From contig OY762463.1 of assembly GCA_963665815.1 (NCBI GenBank), forward strand, positions 96,001 to 160,000: a stretch of DNA of 64,000 nt. The letters are read 5' to 3'. Each line of letters begins with the position of its first letter. Within the stretch, counting starts at the first letter, position 1. Origin of the DNA: Candidatus Cloacimonadales bacterium. Lineage in GTDB: Bacteria; Cloacimonadota; Cloacimonadia; Cloacimonadales; JAIOQZ01. Under the pieces are notes generated by a model. The model searched no databases. It was not told where the DNA came from and saw only the letters and a list, made by a program, of their open reading frames with translations. Of the stretch, positions 9,837-18,088 are shown one piece after another. A program made the position numbers and the translations under genes.

Positions 9837-10296
9837 GTATCGATACTGAAATCCTCAGAGCAATTTACAAAGCACTGGAAAGCAGACTACATCTTATCGG
9901 TAGCGTTATTGAAGGTGAAGCCAGACGACTTATTCTGGAACGTGATATTAAAGATAAAGGTGACTTCTTTCAAAACACCGGATATGCTATTCAATTCAAC
10001 GATGCATCAATTGATCTCGCTGTAGGTTCTAATGTTGCTCATGAGCAATACGTTCTGGGAGGAAAAGTTCCTTCCTGGACTCCACTCGAACCTTTGAGGC
10101 TTGGGTTGAACGTAAAGGCTTGGATTGGGTAGATAAAAAGACAGGAAAACAACTAACAATTGAGCAAATCGCATATCTGATTCGTGGGAAAATCAAAAGA
10201 GAAGGAATTCCGGAAAGAAACATCTTCGCAGAGATTATCAAGAACAAAGAGCAATGGATTTACCAACAACTTGATTCAATCGAGGTTATAATATGA
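9833..10296 (+). pseudogene. Frameshifted phage neck/tail-completion (HK97 gp10-like) gene
   Basis: Reads ...VGSNVAHEQY...PSWTPLEPL, then continues in another frame from 10099 as AWVERKGLDW...AYLIRGKIKREGIPERNIF... to a TGA at 10294-10296 overlapping the next ATG. Confidence 0.75.
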
Positions 10297-10670
10297 CTTT
10301 TATTGAAAAACGAAATCTTATTACTCAAGCTCTTGTTGCTATTGGAATAGATGGGAAAAACATCAACTACTCAAAAGATATTATCCCAAGATCATTCCCT
10401 GCTGTTCTTGTTGTGCTACAAGGCGAACAAGGTAAGAATCCAACCTCAAGACAATTCTGCTCGTTTGAGTATAATATCGAAGTTTTCCTCATTGCTGATG
10501 TTAATAATTCAAATGATCCGGATACCGTAATTTTAACGCTTTCAGATAAGTTTAAATCCGAATACAGAGAACTAATGAAACAGGATATTCCTCGAATTGA
10601 ATTCTATCCTGCAAGAGCTGATGCCGGAAGAAAAGTCCGCATAGCAAAGGTTTATACGGTATCAGAATGA
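10293..10670 (+). CDS. Phage protein, possible tail terminator
   Basis: 125 aa with FPAVLV and YNIEVFL strand pattern; follows the neck gene. Confidence 0.5.
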   Translation: MTFIEKRNLITQALVAIGIDGKNINYSKDIIPRSFPAVLVVLQGEQGKNPTSRQFCSFEYNIEVFLIADVNNSNDPDTVILTLSDKFKSEYRELMKQDIPRIEFYPARADAGRKVRIAKVYTVSE

Positions 10671-11851
10671 GAGTAAAGAAACTCGGTGGATTCAATATCG
10701 GAATCGTCAGCACTGAAGAGCTACTTTCAAAGAGTTACTCTTCTGAAGCTGTAAATCTGGATTCATACAACTGGGAAGGAAAGCGAAAACTTTCTAAATC
10801 AGCAGAAAAGAAAAAGATGATTCCTGCACCATTCTCAATGGCAAACCTTCTTAAACTTATAGAAAAGGATGAATATCATTCCGGCTGTATTTCCGCTAAG
10901 ATAAATACAACATTGATGCAGGTTGAAGTAAAGAATAGCCAACTCAAAAAGTGGTTTCTGGATGCAGAATATCCGGGCAATGATGATATTATTCTCACTC
11001 TTGGAGAATTGCTCAAATACTTTCTTTCCTGTGGAAATGGTTTCATTATTAAGATGCGAAACTCGGCAGGATTATGGGTTGGTATGGAAAGGCTTCTACC
11101 TACTGAAGTGCAACTACTTGAAAACTATGACGAGTTTGGTTTCTTCAAACCTGACTTTCTGCATGTCAAAAACGGTAAAAAGAAGTTCTTCTCCGGTGAT
11201 GATGTTATCCATTTCAAAAATCCTACTCATAGATCAAATGCTTGGGGTGTTGCCTGTTTACCGGTTGCCATCAATATCGAGATATTAGAGCAGATTAAAA
11301 CCTTTGATTTCAACAACTTCAAAAACGGACTTCTGGTTGATTACTTCATGATAGTAGAAGGTGGAAGCCTTAAAGATGATGTTGTAGAAGATACTGAAGG
11401 AAATGAAGTTCTAAAGGATGCTTTTACAGTAATCGAAGAAACTCTCCAATCCGCTAAAGGCAATAACAAATCACACACTACTGTCTTGATTGAGACTGAG
11501 AATAAAGATGCTAAAATCAGGCTTGAACCACTCAGACAACAAGAAAGAGATGGTGGCTTTATATCTTTAAAGAAAGACCTTAGAGAAGGCATTTTTGCTT
11601 ATCATAGAGTTCCAGCAAGGATAGTGTCTCAGCTCATTCCGGGTCAACTCGGCGGAGACAATAAATCTGACATGCTCATGTTTTATCATTTCGTTATAAA
11701 ACCGCTCCAACACCGTCTAGGGCAGGTGTTAGCAAAGGAGTTTAATAAAGAATACAAGTGGAATTTAACCGCACAGGACTTCGATTTTGGCGATTTGACT
11801 GCCATCTTCGAATCCGCAGACGAGAAGCTCTTTCGAGCAGTTAAAAATTAA
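10667..11851 (+). CDS. Phage portal protein (PBSX/P2-like)
   Basis: CGNGFI, DVIHFKNP...WG, NFKNG, AYHRVP, FVIKPLQ. Confidence 0.88.
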   Translation: MRVKKLGGFNIGIVSTEELLSKSYSSEAVNLDSYNWEGKRKLSKSAEKKKMIPAPFSMANLLKLIEKDEYHSGCISAKINTTLMQVEVKNSQLKKWFLDAEYPGNDDIILTLGELLKYFLSCGNGFIIKMRNSAGLWVGMERLLPTEVQLLENYDEFGFFKPDFLHVKNGKKKFFSGDDVIHFKNPTHRSNAWGVACLPVAINIEILEQIKTFDFNNFKNGLLVDYFMIVEGGSLKDDVVEDTEGNEVLKDAFTVIEETLQSAKGNNKSHTTVLIETENKDAKIRLEPLRQQERDGGFISLKKDLREGIFAYHRVPARIVSQLIPGQLGGDNKSDMLMFYHFVIKPLQHRLGQVLAKEFNKEYKWNLTAQDFDFGDLTAIFESADEKLFRAVKN

Positions 11852-11971
11852 AAATGAAAAATGAAAAATTAAAAGGAAGAAAAAAGATGATACATCGAGG
11901 ATTGAGAGACAGTTACTTAACTTTTGCAAACAACCATCTCTTAATTCTTAATTATTAATTCTTAACTCATT
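11841..11971. repeat. Inverted heptamer tandem arrays between portal and capsid genes
   Basis: TTAAAAA/TGAAAAA x5 (11841-11875) and TCTTAAT-like x4 (11939-11966), approximately reverse complements. Confidence 0.7.
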
Positions 11972-11982
11972 TGGAGGTTGGA

Positions 11983-13719
11983 TTGAAAGCTAAGAAAATC
12001 GTAAAAAAGGGAGAACTTAGAAACGTAGAGGTTGAGCTGGTATCTTTGCTTTTTGATGATATGACTCCTGCAAATCAGAAAGGATTTGTGATCAAATCAG
12101 CAAACGGAAAGAGCTATCGAATTAAAGGAAGCTCCAAGAAGTTTAAAAGTGAAACAAAAGGTTCACAAGGTCGATTATACGTCACTTTGATGGAACCGGA
12201 AGTTGAAGACGCACAGGGTGATTTTTATACTGTAGATGAAATCCAGAAAGCATGTGATTATTTCTCAAAACATGGAATGGTTGGAAAGAATGATATCAAC
12301 CACAATAATCATCCGGTAAATGATTTCACAGTAGCTGAGAACTATATTCTCAAAACTGCTGATGAAGTGCATTTTCCTGATGTCAAAGTCGGCTCATGGG
12401 TTCAAGTTCTCAAGTGTGTTGATCTTACATCTCCACTCTGGAAGAAAGTTGAGAAAGGTGATTTTAACGGTGTTTCCATCTATGGTAGAGCAGATGATTT
12501 GGGAGAAACTTCTGCAGCTCTCAAAGCTATCAAAGATGAGCTTTCAGGATTGAAAGAACTTCAAAAATCAATGCAGGATAAAGAACGTCAGACAGAGCTT
12601 GAAAAAGCGATTACAGAGTTGGAATCCAAGCTTTCTGAACTTGAGAAAAGTCTTGGTGATTCTTCACTTCGGGAGGCAGTCAAAAGCATTGAGAAGTCGC
12701 TTAACAGCTTATCTGTCACAATGAATAAAGCTATTTCTAAATCAATCAAAGGAGAACCATCAGAGTTTGAAGGTGATCGTGAAGTTGTTATCAACGGTGA
12801 GAAAATTTTTGTCAAAGCTGCACATCGTGAAATCTACAAAGGCATTGCTGATGTTGATTCAGGTAAAAAGATGAATATTCTTACCCCAAACACAACATCT
12901 CTTTTCATTGATGAAGTTGTTGGATCAAAACCGGGTGATACTTTAACAGACATCTCAGTAATTCCACTCTTGAAAGATGAAAGCATCGATGTTGGTTTAA
13001 TCGAAGATTTGATCTTTAAGAATCAGCTTGATGGAGCATTATCCGCTCAGGATGTTACTTCAGCCGATATGCAATGCCCAACTGGTATCCTCAATGCTGA
13101 ATTTACTCTCGGAAGAGATATTGTGGAATTTTACAAAGACAAATACGGAGAAGATGCCTTCGGTGCTTATGTTGAACAGCATATTGCTAAGAAAGCAGAA
13201 AAAGCGATCCGTCTTTTACTTTTCAAAGGTGATAGAAGTTCTGCAGCAGCTAAACTAAAGGCTTTAAATGGTGTCATCAAACTAGCAACTGACAATTCAG
13301 ATATCACCACTATAAATCCAACAACTTATGCTGAATGGTCAGAACGCTTTGAACAGACTCTTCTTCTCTTCTCAGATGAGATGCTGGAAGAACAGGAAAA
13401 CTTCAAAATGTATGTATCTCATAAGGACCTGATACGTATCAGAACTGAGCTTGGAAAACGTGAGACCAATAAAGGTGATAAACTACTTCTTGAAGGTGGA
13501 AAAGTGTCATTTGCCGGTATCCCTGTTAAAGCTCGATTAATGCCTGACAATTACATCATCGTTGGTTTGACCAAGTTTATTATAATCGGTTATAGAACCG
13601 ATGCAGAGCTTAAAGTTGAGCATCATGGTTCAGACTGGAAATACCACTGGTATATCAGAATCAGACCGGGCATCACCTACGTTCCAAACTTTGTAAAAAT
13701 CTACCAATTAACCGAATAG
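11983..13719 (+). CDS. XkdF-like prohead protease + coiled-coil scaffold + major capsid fusion
   Basis: EPEVEDAQGDFY..EIQKA, DINH, ENYI, GSWV, W.KV..GDFNGVSIYG; heptad-rich middle; capsid-like C-terminus (LLFKGD...LNGVIKLA); probable TTG start at 11983 after GGAGG. Confidence 0.8.
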   Translation: MKAKKIVKKGELRNVEVELVSLLFDDMTPANQKGFVIKSANGKSYRIKGSSKKFKSETKGSQGRLYVTLMEPEVEDAQGDFYTVDEIQKACDYFSKHGMVGKNDINHNNHPVNDFTVAENYILKTADEVHFPDVKVGSWVQVLKCVDLTSPLWKKVEKGDFNGVSIYGRADDLGETSAALKAIKDELSGLKELQKSMQDKERQTELEKAITELESKLSELEKSLGDSSLREAVKSIEKSLNSLSVTMNKAISKSIKGEPSEFEGDREVVINGEKIFVKAAHREIYKGIADVDSGKKMNILTPNTTSLFIDEVVGSKPGDTLTDISVIPLLKDESIDVGLIEDLIFKNQLDGALSAQDVTSADMQCPTGILNAEFTLGRDIVEFYKDKYGEDAFGAYVEQHIAKKAEKAIRLLLFKGDRSSAAAKLKALNGVIKLATDNSDITTINPTTYAEWSERFEQTLLLFSDEMLEEQENFKMYVSHKDLIRIRTELGKRETNKGDKLLLEGGKVSFAGIPVKARLMPDNYIIVGLTKFIIIGYRTDAELKVEHHGSDWKYHWYIRIRPGITYVPNFVKIYQLTE

Positions 13720-13727
13720 GAGGATAT

Positions 13728-13928
13728 ATGTGGAAATGGATACTGAAACAAGCGTTGAAATCACTCGCTGAACCGATTGTTGATGCAATCATCCTTGCTC
13801 TTGAAAACTTAGCAGCAAGAACAGGCAATACTATTGATGATCAGTTTGTTGCTAAGTTCAAAGAGTTCAAAGAAGCAATAATCGGCTTCATCCTCGCTAA
13901 CTGCGATAAAATCGTCAAATCAAGCTGA
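13728..13928 (+). CDS. Small amphipathic phage protein
   Basis: GGAGG RBS; 66 aa, LAARTGNTIDD. Confidence 0.6.
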   Translation: MWKWILKQALKSLAEPIVDAIILALENLAARTGNTIDDQFVAKFKEFKEAIIGFILANCDKIVKSS

Positions 13929-13938
13929 GGAGTAACCA

Positions 13939-14481
13939 ATGTCACTTACAAAACCAACATTGCCATCCGGTATGAGTTCAGGAGATTTAGCCGATCTCCT
14001 GAACCAGATCGGGAAGGTCGATGTTTATAATATTTATGCTGCAATCGGAAGTATGTCTTCTGCTGAAATTACAGCAATGTTTGCCAATTTGGGTGCAATA
14101 AATGCAGAGTTGACAGCTTCATTTGAAGAAGTGGGAGAGCTTGCAGAGAAACCGTTCAAAGCCGAATCCAAAACAGAAAAATTAAAAACTCGCCACTATC
14201 AATTGGAAGGCAAACGAACAAACGTGGTTACAACTACCATCGTTGGAATTTCTGAAGCGAAAAAGAACTGGTTGGAAGATCAAAGTGCAGGAATGACACA
14301 ACTTACTTTTGTAGCTCTTTCTAAAGATAAAACGCAGGCAATTCTGATTAATGGATGCCGATGGACTGTAGATTGGAGCGGTGAAGCTGATGGCTTATAC
14401 ACTCAGGAAATCACAACTGAATTCACAGGCAAAACTTCTGAGAAGATCGTCTTCTTCAATCAGATAAGTGCGTCTGAATAG
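13939..14481 (+). CDS. Putative major tail tube protein
   Basis: GAGGAG RBS; 180 aa with a beta-rich C-terminal half; follows the capsid gene. Confidence 0.55.
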   Translation: MSLTKPTLPSGMSSGDLADLLNQIGKVDVYNIYAAIGSMSSAEITAMFANLGAINAELTASFEEVGELAEKPFKAESKTEKLKTRHYQLEGKRTNVVTTTIVGISEAKKNWLEDQSAGMTQLTFVALSKDKTQAILINGCRWTVDWSGEADGLYTQEITTEFTGKTSEKIVFFNQISASE

Positions 14482-14489
14482 GAGTTACA

Positions 14490-14642
14490 ATGGATGTTGA
14501 AGTAAAAAAGAAAATCGATGATGTGCATAAAGAAATCTACGGTAACGGCAATTCATCTAATTCAATGGTGACTCGTATTGCAAAGATGGAAAGCACAATC
14601 AAAATTAACTTTCATTTCAATATATCAAATTGTAAAAGTTGA
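14490..14642 (+). pseudogene. Short phage gene, probably 3'-truncated at the cargo junction
   Basis: AGGAG RBS, then MDVEVKKKIDDVHKEIYGNGNSSNSMVTRIAKMESTIKIN, then AT-rich sequence. Confidence 0.5.
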
Positions 14643-14654
14643 GATATTTAAATT

Positions 14655-16121
14655 TTAATGATCAGTAAATACCATGCTGTTCAATAAATCAGAAATTTTT
14701 ATAACAGCTATACCTGAAGTAATATCAGACATAGCATAAGGAATTATAAGTTTATCATTGTGAACCAATCCTCCACAAGAATATATTACGTTTGGAACAT
14801 ATCCTTCACGTTCCTCATCGTTTGGAGTTAACAAAGGTTCCTCTAGTCTAGCTATAATTTTTGAAGGATTGTCAATATCAAGAAGTATTACTCCCAAAGA
14901 ATATTGCCTCATAGGACCAACACCATGCGTAAGCACAAGCCAGCCTTCACTTAACTCAATTGGAGATCCACAGTTTCCTATTTGAACAAACTCCCAAGAC
15001 TCTGTCGGTTCTTGAATTATCTTTGATTCGTACCAGAAATGTAGATTGTCTGAATACATTATACGATTATTTTCACCATCTTGCCTGGAAAGCATTACAT
15101 ATTTTCCATCTATTTTACGAGGAAAAAGTGCCATTCCTTTGTTTTGAACAGCTTCTCCATTTAATGTACTAATATTGAAGGATACAAAATCGGTAGTTTC
15201 TATTAGTTGAGGTAGAATTCCATGACCACTGTAGGCAGTATATGTTGCATAATATGTCACTTCGTTATTATCATCAAAGAATTCAACAAAGCGTGCATCT
15301 TCTATTCCTCTACTCTCATTATCGGAAACAGGAAATATAACTCTTTCTGAAATTTTTGATTTATCATTAAAATTAATCCTGTAGTTTGAATTTGCTAACC
15401 ACTTAATATTATTTATAGTTAGGTTATGATAGTTGAAATCTGGTGTTAAATGTAATTTATTTATACTTTCTTTTAATTGCGAATATGTAAAAATCATAGG
15501 CATAGTTTTCAATATATTACGACTTGTTTCATTCCAAAATTTCATATCTTCAAGTTTAAGACAGAATAAGGATTTATCATATAAAGGATCATGAGAAATA
15601 TCAGGAGTTTCCACATAATCAGAAATTTGATCGAAAAGGAAAGAACCATTACATTCTATAATACCACTTCGAAAGACAATAGATGAAATATGCCCTTCTC
15701 CAGTAGCTCTTAAGCTCATAATAAATCTTAACTGTCCATGCTTAACACCATTTTGATTTGGATGTGGAACTATTGACGGATTAAAAAGAGCAGCAGATTC
15801 AATTGAATATTCCATTGTAAAATATGCACCTATGAGCATTTTCTTTTCTTTACTAATAGTTATATTGGTAGGTATATACTCAGAAACTTTGAAGAAACTA
15901 TGACTAAGTTGTTGCTCAATATTTTTATGTCTATCGTAAAAATTCGCTCGAACTTTCATTAACAGATTACGAGTATCTTTTTCTGATAACCTTATTACTC
16001 GATCAATTATCCTACTTACTCGTAAGTCATTATTTGGTATATGAATTCTAGTAATTACTCTACTAGTATCACGGACAATCCTGATTTGATTCCTTTTAAT
16101 TTTCGATTGAATATTTTCCAT
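14655..16121 (-). CDS. GH130 family glycosidase/phosphorylase, long form
   Basis: AALFNPSIV, GIEDARFV, YATYTAY, NKGMALFPRKI, GYVPNVIYSCG. Confidence 0.9.
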   Translation of the reverse strand: MENIQSKIKRNQIRIVRDTSRVITRIHIPNNDLRVSRIIDRVIRLSEKDTRNLLMKVRANFYDRHKNIEQQLSHSFFKVSEYIPTNITISKEKKMLIGAYFTMEYSIESAALFNPSIVPHPNQNGVKHGQLRFIMSLRATGEGHISSIVFRSGIIECNGSFLFDQISDYVETPDISHDPLYDKSLFCLKLEDMKFWNETSRNILKTMPMIFTYSQLKESINKLHLTPDFNYHNLTINNIKWLANSNYRINFNDKSKISERVIFPVSDNESRGIEDARFVEFFDDNNEVTYYATYTAYSGHGILPQLIETTDFVSFNISTLNGEAVQNKGMALFPRKIDGKYVMLSRQDGENNRIMYSDNLHFWYESKIIQEPTESWEFVQIGNCGSPIELSEGWLVLTHGVGPMRQYSLGVILLDIDNPSKIIARLEEPLLTPNDEEREGYVPNVIYSCGGLVHNDKLIIPYAMSDITSGIAVIKISDLLNSMVFTDH

Positions 16122-16151
16122 TTCCCATTTCCTATTGTTTTAAGCAATAAC

Positions 16152-17165
16152 TCATTTCAAAAGAATCTTGTTATAAACATTTATATAAGCTGTGATCATT
16201 TTTTCACGGCTAAATTTTGATTTTGCCCAATTGTGACAGTTAACTCTATTAATGTATCTAATATTTTTTACTGCAAAAACTGCTTGTGAAATATCATTTA
16301 CAAGAAAACCCGTTTTCGAGTCATCAATTAATTCCGGCATTGAGCCTTTATTAAAAGCTATTACTGGTGTTCCGCAAAGCATTGCTTCTGCTACACTTAA
16401 GCCAAATGGTTCACAAAAATTAATTGGGTGCAATAACGCATAAGCATTTCCCAAGAGTTTATCACGTTCTTTCACTCCTGAATTTCCAACGAATATGATA
16501 TCTTTGTTGTTAATTAATGGTTTTATCTTGTTTTCATAGTACTTTTCATCTTGGATCAAACCTGAAACAACAAGCTTTCTTCCTGATTTTTTAGCAATTT
16601 GAATGGCTTCATAAGTACCCTTTTCAGGGTGAATTCGACCAAAATACAAAAGGTAATCTTTTGCTACTGGTTTAAATGTAAAGTTGGAAGTGTCAATTCC
16701 ATTGTATACAGTTGCAATATAATCCAATTCAGGGCTTCGGTCAGAATTACTGATAGAAACATAATAGTTATCATTATTGTATTTTTTAAAAACAGGAATT
16801 ATTTTTGGAGATGAAAATCCATGAATAGTAGTAACCATTGGAGTTTGTATTAATCTAGAAAAACTAAGAGGTAAAAAATCGAAATTATTATGTATCAAAT
16901 CGAAATCATTCGCCATCTCCATTAAGTTACTTATATGCAAACATTCCCATACTTTAGGTTCAATATTTTGATCTTCTGCATATGCTGTTTCACAAACATA
17001 CTCCAACTTTCCTTTTGTAATAGAATTCCCTGTGGCAAAAAGAGTTACATCAAAACCTTTTTCTACAAGTCCTTCAGCAATATTAGATGTCACCTGCTCC
17101 CAAGGGCCATATTTTATGGGTGGTGTACGCCATGCAATTGGTGATAATACAGCAATTTTCATCAT
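16152..17165 (-). CDS. GT4 glycosyltransferase
   Basis: TPP..YGPWE, GRIHPEKG, EPFGLSVAEAM.CGTPV. Confidence 0.92.
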   Translation of the reverse strand: MMKIAVLSPIAWRTPPIKYGPWEQVTSNIAEGLVEKGFDVTLFATGNSITKGKLEYVCETAYAEDQNIEPKVWECLHISNLMEMANDFDLIHNNFDFLPLSFSRLIQTPMVTTIHGFSSPKIIPVFKKYNNDNYYVSISNSDRSPELDYIATVYNGIDTSNFTFKPVAKDYLLYFGRIHPEKGTYEAIQIAKKSGRKLVVSGLIQDEKYYENKIKPLINNKDIIFVGNSGVKERDKLLGNAYALLHPINFCEPFGLSVAEAMLCGTPVIAFNKGSMPELIDDSKTGFLVNDISQAVFAVKNIRYINRVNCHNWAKSKFSREKMITAYINVYNKILLK

Positions 17166-18088
17166 TATAGAGGACTTCTTGAATTATTTAAGCAATGATC
17201 AACAAGATCATCAATGACTGCTGTCCCAACACACATCACTTTGTCTGCACCACCCCAATAAATTTTTACTGTTCCATCTGGTTCCGGAACTGCTGCACAA
17301 GAAAAAACAACATTATGAACATATCCTGTAATTTCATAATCTTCTTCAGGTTGCAATATCCAGTCATCACCAACTGCAATAATTTTTGAAGGATCAACAA
17401 GATCGTGTAATGCAACTCCAAGGCGGTAGACACACCCATCCATTGTTGGAAATACACCATGATAAATATTCAGCCAACCTCGCAAAGTCTTTATTGGTGG
17501 AGCTCCAGGACCTATTTTCATTTCATCCCAATGATATTGCATTGGTTTCATTATAAGTTTTGCTTGTCCCCAGTACTTAAGATCAGGGGAATATGATATC
17601 CATATTGACCAAGGAGAAATCTCAGAATGAGGTCTGTCTAAACGTGCATATAATCCATTAAATTTTTCAGGGAAGATAACTACATTCCTATAATCAGCTT
17701 CTGTAATAAACGATAACCGCTCAATAAAAATAAAATCTATAGTTTTAGCAAGACCAATGCGCACACCATGTCTAGAATAAGCACTGTAAGTAATAAGATA
17801 CTCACCGTCTATATTTATTATACGTGGATCTTCAATTCCATATTCTTCATAATCTTTGAAAATGCCATCATTCTCTGGAACCATAAATGGTTTCTCATCA
17901 ACCTTAAAATTATAGCCATCAATACTAATGGCTTTTCCTAAAATACTTCGCCCATTTCTTTTGTGTGACCTAAAAATCATAACGTAAGTATTTTCAAATT
18001 TTACAACAGCAGCATTGTGAACAGTAGCAACAGGATAAGGAACATCTTTTTTTGTGAGAATTGGATTGTTTTTATATCGTACTATCAT
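17165..18088 (-). CDS. GH130 family glycosidase/phosphorylase
   Basis: RYKNNPIL, EEYGIEDPRI, KIGPGAPP, GYVHNVVFSC. Confidence 0.92.
   Translation of the reverse strand: MIVRYKNNPILTKKDVPYPVATVHNAAVVKFENTYVMIFRSHKRNGRSILGKAISIDGYNFKVDEKPFMVPENDGIFKDYEEYGIEDPRIINIDGEYLITYSAYSRHGVRIGLAKTIDFIFIERLSFITEADYRNVVIFPEKFNGLYARLDRPHSEISPWSIWISYSPDLKYWGQAKLIMKPMQYHWDEMKIGPGAPPIKTLRGWLNIYHGVFPTMDGCVYRLGVALHDLVDPSKIIAVGDDWILQPEEDYEITGYVHNVVFSCAAVPEPDGTVKIYWGGADKVMCVGTAVIDDLVDHCLNNSRSPL

Noticed and set aside
9833-10296. Programmed ribosomal frameshift or stop-codon reassignment in the phage
   Set aside because: No slippery heptamer at the site, and the other phage genes read normally in code 11
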